Source: the human T2T-CHM13v2.0 reference genome, Homo sapiens. From it: DNA of 64,000 nucleotides. The stretch lies in the NCBI RefSeq assembly GCF_009914755.1, contig NC_060933.1. One strand, written 5' to 3'. Shown here piece after piece: positions 58,723-64,000 of this stretch (positions are counted from its first letter, which is position 1; every line of letters begins with the position of its first letter). A program made the translations under genes and the position numbers. Below the pieces are notes generated by a model. It had not been told where the DNA came from and ran no database searches. It worked only from the letters and a program-made list of their open reading frames with translations.

Positions 58723-61354
58723 TTTTAATGGTTAAAACATCTGTGTCTCTACAGGCTGGTAGAACTACATTCCACACCTAACCTTGTGACTTCCAAGCTT
58801 TCTGATTTTAGGCAAATTGCTTAATCTTTGTGTGTCTTAGTCTTTTCATCTGTTAAATGGGAGTGGTTCTTATCACAAAAAGTAGTAAGGATTAGAAAGG
58901 AATTCTCTATAAAATTGTAAAGTTATTTATTCAGAAAACTGGTAACTTGAATAAATGGAAACCCGAAGAATATATGTAATATATGGAATAATCCCCTATC
59001 TTTAGGGCAAATTTCCTGAAGGAAAGGGACAATAGTTTATCTGTCTTTCCTAATACCAGTTGACTGAGAAAGAACTTAGTGAATGTTTATTAATGGTGAT
59101 AGATAACGCTTGGAAAATATGTGGAATGGTTGCTCACAGAAATCTGTGATATGTGTCTTAAAATATTTGCACATTAGCAAATGTTTTAGACTTTAGGAAA
59201 TCTTCCAGACTAAAACTCTTTCTAGGGAAATGGTGTTGCAATTTTGATGGTATATAGGAAGTCAGTGAGCTTTCCTTTTAGTTTTCCTAACATTCATGAA
59301 AATTTCTGGGTTTCTCCTATTTCATTCATATTTTCATAGAGAATTCAGAAATCTGCTTTAATTTTAACACAGTCAATCAACCTTGTTCTATAATTAGGAT
59401 GAGAAGTTAAATGACATTTACTTTTGAGCAAACTTTCATAAGATATGTATTTTAATCATGTGAAAAAAAGATTAGAATAACAAAATATACTGAAACAGGC
59501 AAATTACACCTTCTAATGAGAGAAGCGATGCAGGTTCATTTTAGAAATTGTAGAAAGTTCTGATAAGCAAAAGTAGTACACTTCACTGAGATGCCATTGT
59601 TTGCACTTCATGTATATTGTTCCAGGCTTTTTCTATGTCTAAATATGTATATGTGATTTCATACGGTGATAGCATCCTGCTGTATATTCAGCTCCATAAA
59701 CAGCTTTTATTCCCCATGTAATATACAGTGAATGTTTTAAATATGCTTCTGCATTTTTTTGATAGTTGCATTTTTTTGATAGTTGCATGTTATTTTTTTC
59801 TGTGGATGTACCACAGTTAATCCACTGTTACTCTTTAGTTTGTTTTCAATTTTTTCCTCAATTACAAACAATGTTCTGATGTACATCTGAACAAACTTTT
59901 AAAATTTAAAGACCACAAACATTTCTTAGACTTGCCAATATAAAATACCTAATTCAACTTTGTTCATTCTTAAAACATTCCTTTCTGAACCGGTTTTGTT
60001 ATTTATTTGATGGTCATGTTTGGAGCTCCTGTGTGTGACTGAAAAAAGAAGAAAAGTGTAGTTTTCTGAACATAATCTGCATTTCAGATTTTTTCATGAA
60101 TCTAAGACAGCATTTTCCTCATTTGATCCAAACTAGAGAGTTTTGATAATGTCATCAGGAAATGATGCTCCGAGGTTGTCTTCTCCTCAACCAGAGCAAC
60201 CCGTAATTCATGGCTAGTGAGGTTGCCAGGAAGTCAGTGATCCTTACCATTGTGTCATTTGAATGAAAGAAAGGCTGGAGCATAGGAAGTGGGGAGATGA
60301 GAAAGAAGCCAGAGTTAGATATCTATCCCACAGATTTAAGGTCACCACCGTTTCCGTCTTTCATAGCTATGGCAACTTGAGATCCCATGTTTTCTAGGTT
60401 AGTTATCAAATATTCCCTCCAGTTGCCCAGTGAAACATCTTAGAAATTCTAGTATTTGGACATCAAAACTAGCATATTTCTATTTTATGCACCTAAAAAT
60501 GACACCAAAACCCTTTATGACATCATGGTTGTCAGTTTTAGGGTTATAAAATATGGTGACCATATATAGATCTTAGGAAAAGGAGTAAAAGAGATGAGTT
60601 AATTATTCATTTTTTCAATAAATGTGGTGAATGAATACTTACTATGTACCTGGCACTGTCCTAGGGCCTGGGCTTACAAAGACGAGTGGACAAGTCCTTA
60701 AGTTGCTCTTGGCGTGGTACACACATATATGTTTAATGTCTACGATGCTTTGTTGTTATTTGTTGCTGTGTAAAAGACATATGTCCAAGATGCTACAGGA
60801 ACCCAGAGGAAGGAAATGCAAAGGTTTTTACAGAGGAAGCAACTCTTTAGCAGGTTAATAAGTGGATAGGCATTCCCCAGGGAGACAAGGGGTACATGAT
60901 GAGTGTCATTCAATATGTGCAAAGAACAGAGTATATTCTAGGATTCTCCAGCAAACAAGAATTGCAATGTTGATTTAAAACATTTGGAGTAAGTATTGGG
61001 TTGAATTTTTTGTTGGTGATGGTGGTAGTGTTTGCTAATTGTTTTTATTTTTCCATATTTCTCAGTTTTTTAAAATCTTCATTGTTTATTCCTTTTTAGG
61101 GAATTACTAAACCATTTGACCCTGAAAGATCAGATGAAATGGACATGGCTTATTAAGGAGTTGTTGTAACTACTTCTTGTCTCAATGACATACTATTTTC
61201 CTGTCTTGGATTTAATTGCTTAGAAATTATGGCTACAGATTCACAAAGAGATTGGAAGAAAGAATAGATAAAGAATATATAGTTCAAATTATCTGCTAAA
61301 TTTTTTGTGCTGTTAGTAATTAATACTCCAAAATGTGATAAAGATCACTGTGCC

Positions 61355-61390
61355 CGTTTTGTTTTGTTTTGTTTTGTTTTGTTTTGTTTT
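61355..61390. repeat. (GTTTT)n microsatellite
   Basis: Direct reading of the sequence. Confidence 0.9.
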
Positions 61391-61809
61391 AGCATTGGAA
61401 AAGCCTTGGGCTATACATTCTGAGATTTCAAACAAAGTAGATTTATAGTGGAAAGGAACCAGAGGTTTAGACTAAATAGATACGCTGTAAGAGAGCCATA
61501 ATGATCTTATTTAAATATTTTCCACATTAAATAAGGCATGAGTACTGTTATGCTACTGCCTTTTTTTTAATAATTGAATTTGCATCCATGGTGGTTTTTT
61601 TTCATTCCCCGTGGAGTTCCACTTGATAGCCAATGTGAATATTTGAAGAAAATAATCTGTTGGAGCCCAGATTTGAATTAAACTTCCTCAAAGTATAATG
61701 AAAGTTTTGAGTTTGTCTTATAAGAAAGAAATTTTTGTTTATGCTTTAGAAGCTTAATTGATAGAAGTCTGGAGAGCAATAATTGGGGTGAATTTTTAAG
61801 ATGGTTGTA

Positions 61810-62700
61810 AGATTGTTCACTTGGTAAATATTTCTTGAGCTCTTACTGTAGACACTGTGGACCAGTCATTGAACTGAATTAACTTTCACTCTAGTTCCTA
61901 ATAGACATGTTAAGCTGCTGGCTTCATGGAGTTTACATTATAGTGAGAGGAAACAGACAAAAACAATAAAAGGTAGTTAGTAGTTAGTAAAATCATTGCC
62001 AATTACAATAAATGTTAGGAAGGAAATAAACAATGGGCTGAGAACTTGAACCACAGAGAAGCACCTGCTTTGGGTAGAGTGGCCAGGGAGAATCATCATG
62101 GGCAAGGGGGAGGCATGTGCATGCACTTGGGGAATTGAAAGGAGGCTGGTGAGCAAGAGGAAGCATAGCATCAGATAAGCATGGAGAGCTAGGCAGGCAA
62201 CAGACCACACGGGGTCTTATAGGGCAAGATCAGAAGTCTAGATTTTATTCTAATGCCATAAGAAGACATTAAAGGGTTTTACACAAGGCCTAACCTGAAC
62301 TGATTTCTTTTTTAAGACCATTATTGCCTTGTGGAGAATGGGAGCAGGAAGATCAAGTAGGAGGATGTTATATTAGTCTAGGCAAGAGATATTGGTGACT
62401 GGGCTGAGGTGTAGCAATTAGGATGGAGAACAAAAGATGGTTTTGAGAAATCAGCAAGATTTGGGAGAGGGCATACTAAGGAGAAAGAGAGAGAAATCAA
62501 GAATGACTGATTTTTGTAAATGAAGTTTACTGACTTGAGTAAAAATGGGAATGAAGTGACATTGAATGAGATGGGAAAGTTTGCAGGGGCAGAAATAAAG
62601 AGGTGTTTGAGTTTTGTTTAGGACCTATCTCTAATATGTTTTTGAGGATTCTAAAGGGAGCTGTCAGTTGGCTATATAAGTTCAAAGCTAGGGAAATCTG
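61810..62700 (-). mobile_element. L2 fragments
   Basis: TATTTCTTGAGCTCTTACTG...TCATGGAGTTTACATTATAGTG...GTCTAGGCAAGAGATATTGGTG. Confidence 0.65.
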
Positions 62701-62894
62701 GATGCAGCTAAAATTATATTTGAGATAAGCACACCTTCCATCAATATGTTGGCTGTAATTTTAAAAAGCATTTGGAGTATACTTGAAAATACTGAAACTC
62801 TCTATCTGTAGTACATACCTTCTGTTCATCAGTGACTAATTTTAGGGTACACAACAGTTGTGCAAAAGAATGAAGTCCTCTTAGTTGCACTTCT

Positions 62895-63652
62895 TATCAA
62901 AATCCCAATGGTATTGTTTTATAGAAATAGAAAAAAATTAAATTCATATGGAACCACAAAGGAGCCCAAATAGCCAAAGCAATCTTGAGAAAGAAGAGCA
63001 AAGTTGAAGGCATCACACTTCCTAACTTCAAAATATATTACAAGCCACAGTAAACAAAAGAGTATGGCACTCTCATAAAAATAGACATATAGGCCAATAA
63101 AATAGAATAGAGGCCCCAGAAATGAACCCATACATATACAATCAATTGATCTTCAACGGGAGTGCTAAGAATACACAATAGGGAAAGATAGTACCTTCAA
63201 CAAAGGGTGTTGGGAAAACTGGATATCCATATGTGAAAGAATGAAACTGGACTTTTATATCAGACGCAAAACCAACTCAAGATGGATGAATGACTTAAAA
63301 ATAATACCTGAAACTGTGAAACTCCTAGGAGAAAAGCTAGGGGAAAGGCTTCATGACATTGGTTTTGGCAGCAATTTCCTGGATATGACACCAAAATCAC
63401 AGGCAACAAGAGCAAAAGTGGACAGATAGGACTAGGACAATATCAAACTCAAGAGCAAAGGAAATGATCAACAGAATGAAAAGGCAACTCATGGAATGAG
63501 AGAAAATATTAACAAACTATACATCTGAAAAGGGGTTAATATTCAAAATATATAGGGAACCCCTACAACCCAATAGCAAAAGAAAAAATAAGGAGCCTGA
63601 TTGAAAAATAGGCAAAGGACTTAAATAGATATTTTTCCAAAGAAAACATACA
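62895..63652 (+). mobile_element. L1 (L1MA/MB-like) ORF2 C-terminal fragment
   Basis: [35 protein letters not shown] and FNKGCWENWISICERMKLD are L1 ORF2 peptides, with frameshifts. Confidence 0.9.
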
Positions 63653-64000
63653 TGAGCCTGGCCTTCCCATATCAGGTTCCTTAGAGAAACTGAAAATAGT
63701 GATGGTGAAGGGGCTGGTGGAGATACCTGTGGGCAGCAGGTGCCCAGTTTGGGCCAGTGAGTGAGGAGAAGCCTCACACACAGCATGTGGTATGTGGCTA
63801 CCATTTTTTCTCTTGCTTAGGCCCTGCAAATGTTGGGGGTAGACCTTGCCTTTCGAATGCAATAGTCCTTGAGGTTTGTACCATGCTTTTCATCCAGCAT
63901 CTAGACAGGGCCTGCACATGCACAGGTGTTTGTTAAATGGATGAGTAATCCAGTTTTCCTTGTTTTCTGTGGCATGGGGAAGAAACATGGGTTGCTTGAA

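Overview
Primate (most likely human) genomic DNA, mostly intronic and rich in Alu, MIR, L1, L2, CR1/L3, MLT1 and hAT/Tigger repeats. The only intact protein-coding gene is the intronless PABIR1/FAM122A (CDS 43689-44552, +, 287 aa, PP2A-B55 inhibitor), which sits in a CpG island. From memory this gene is nested in an early intron of PIP5K1B (chr9q21). A 157-bp segment at 6024-6180 with good splice signals and a MIR-derived acceptor fits a non-coding 5'-UTR exon of that host gene. A processed AP3M2 pseudogene lies on the minus strand (about 49980-53260). Its CDS remnant is interrupted by a copy of an 88-bp sequence from 1.85 kb away, probably part of its own 3' UTR. I see no convincing evidence of a wholly new biological system. 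The best leads are that templated internal duplication and several apparent TE exaptations around the nested retrogene (splice acceptor, promoter flank, polyA site), plus a strong-context uORF. Repeat subfamily calls and boundaries were made by eye and are approximate.
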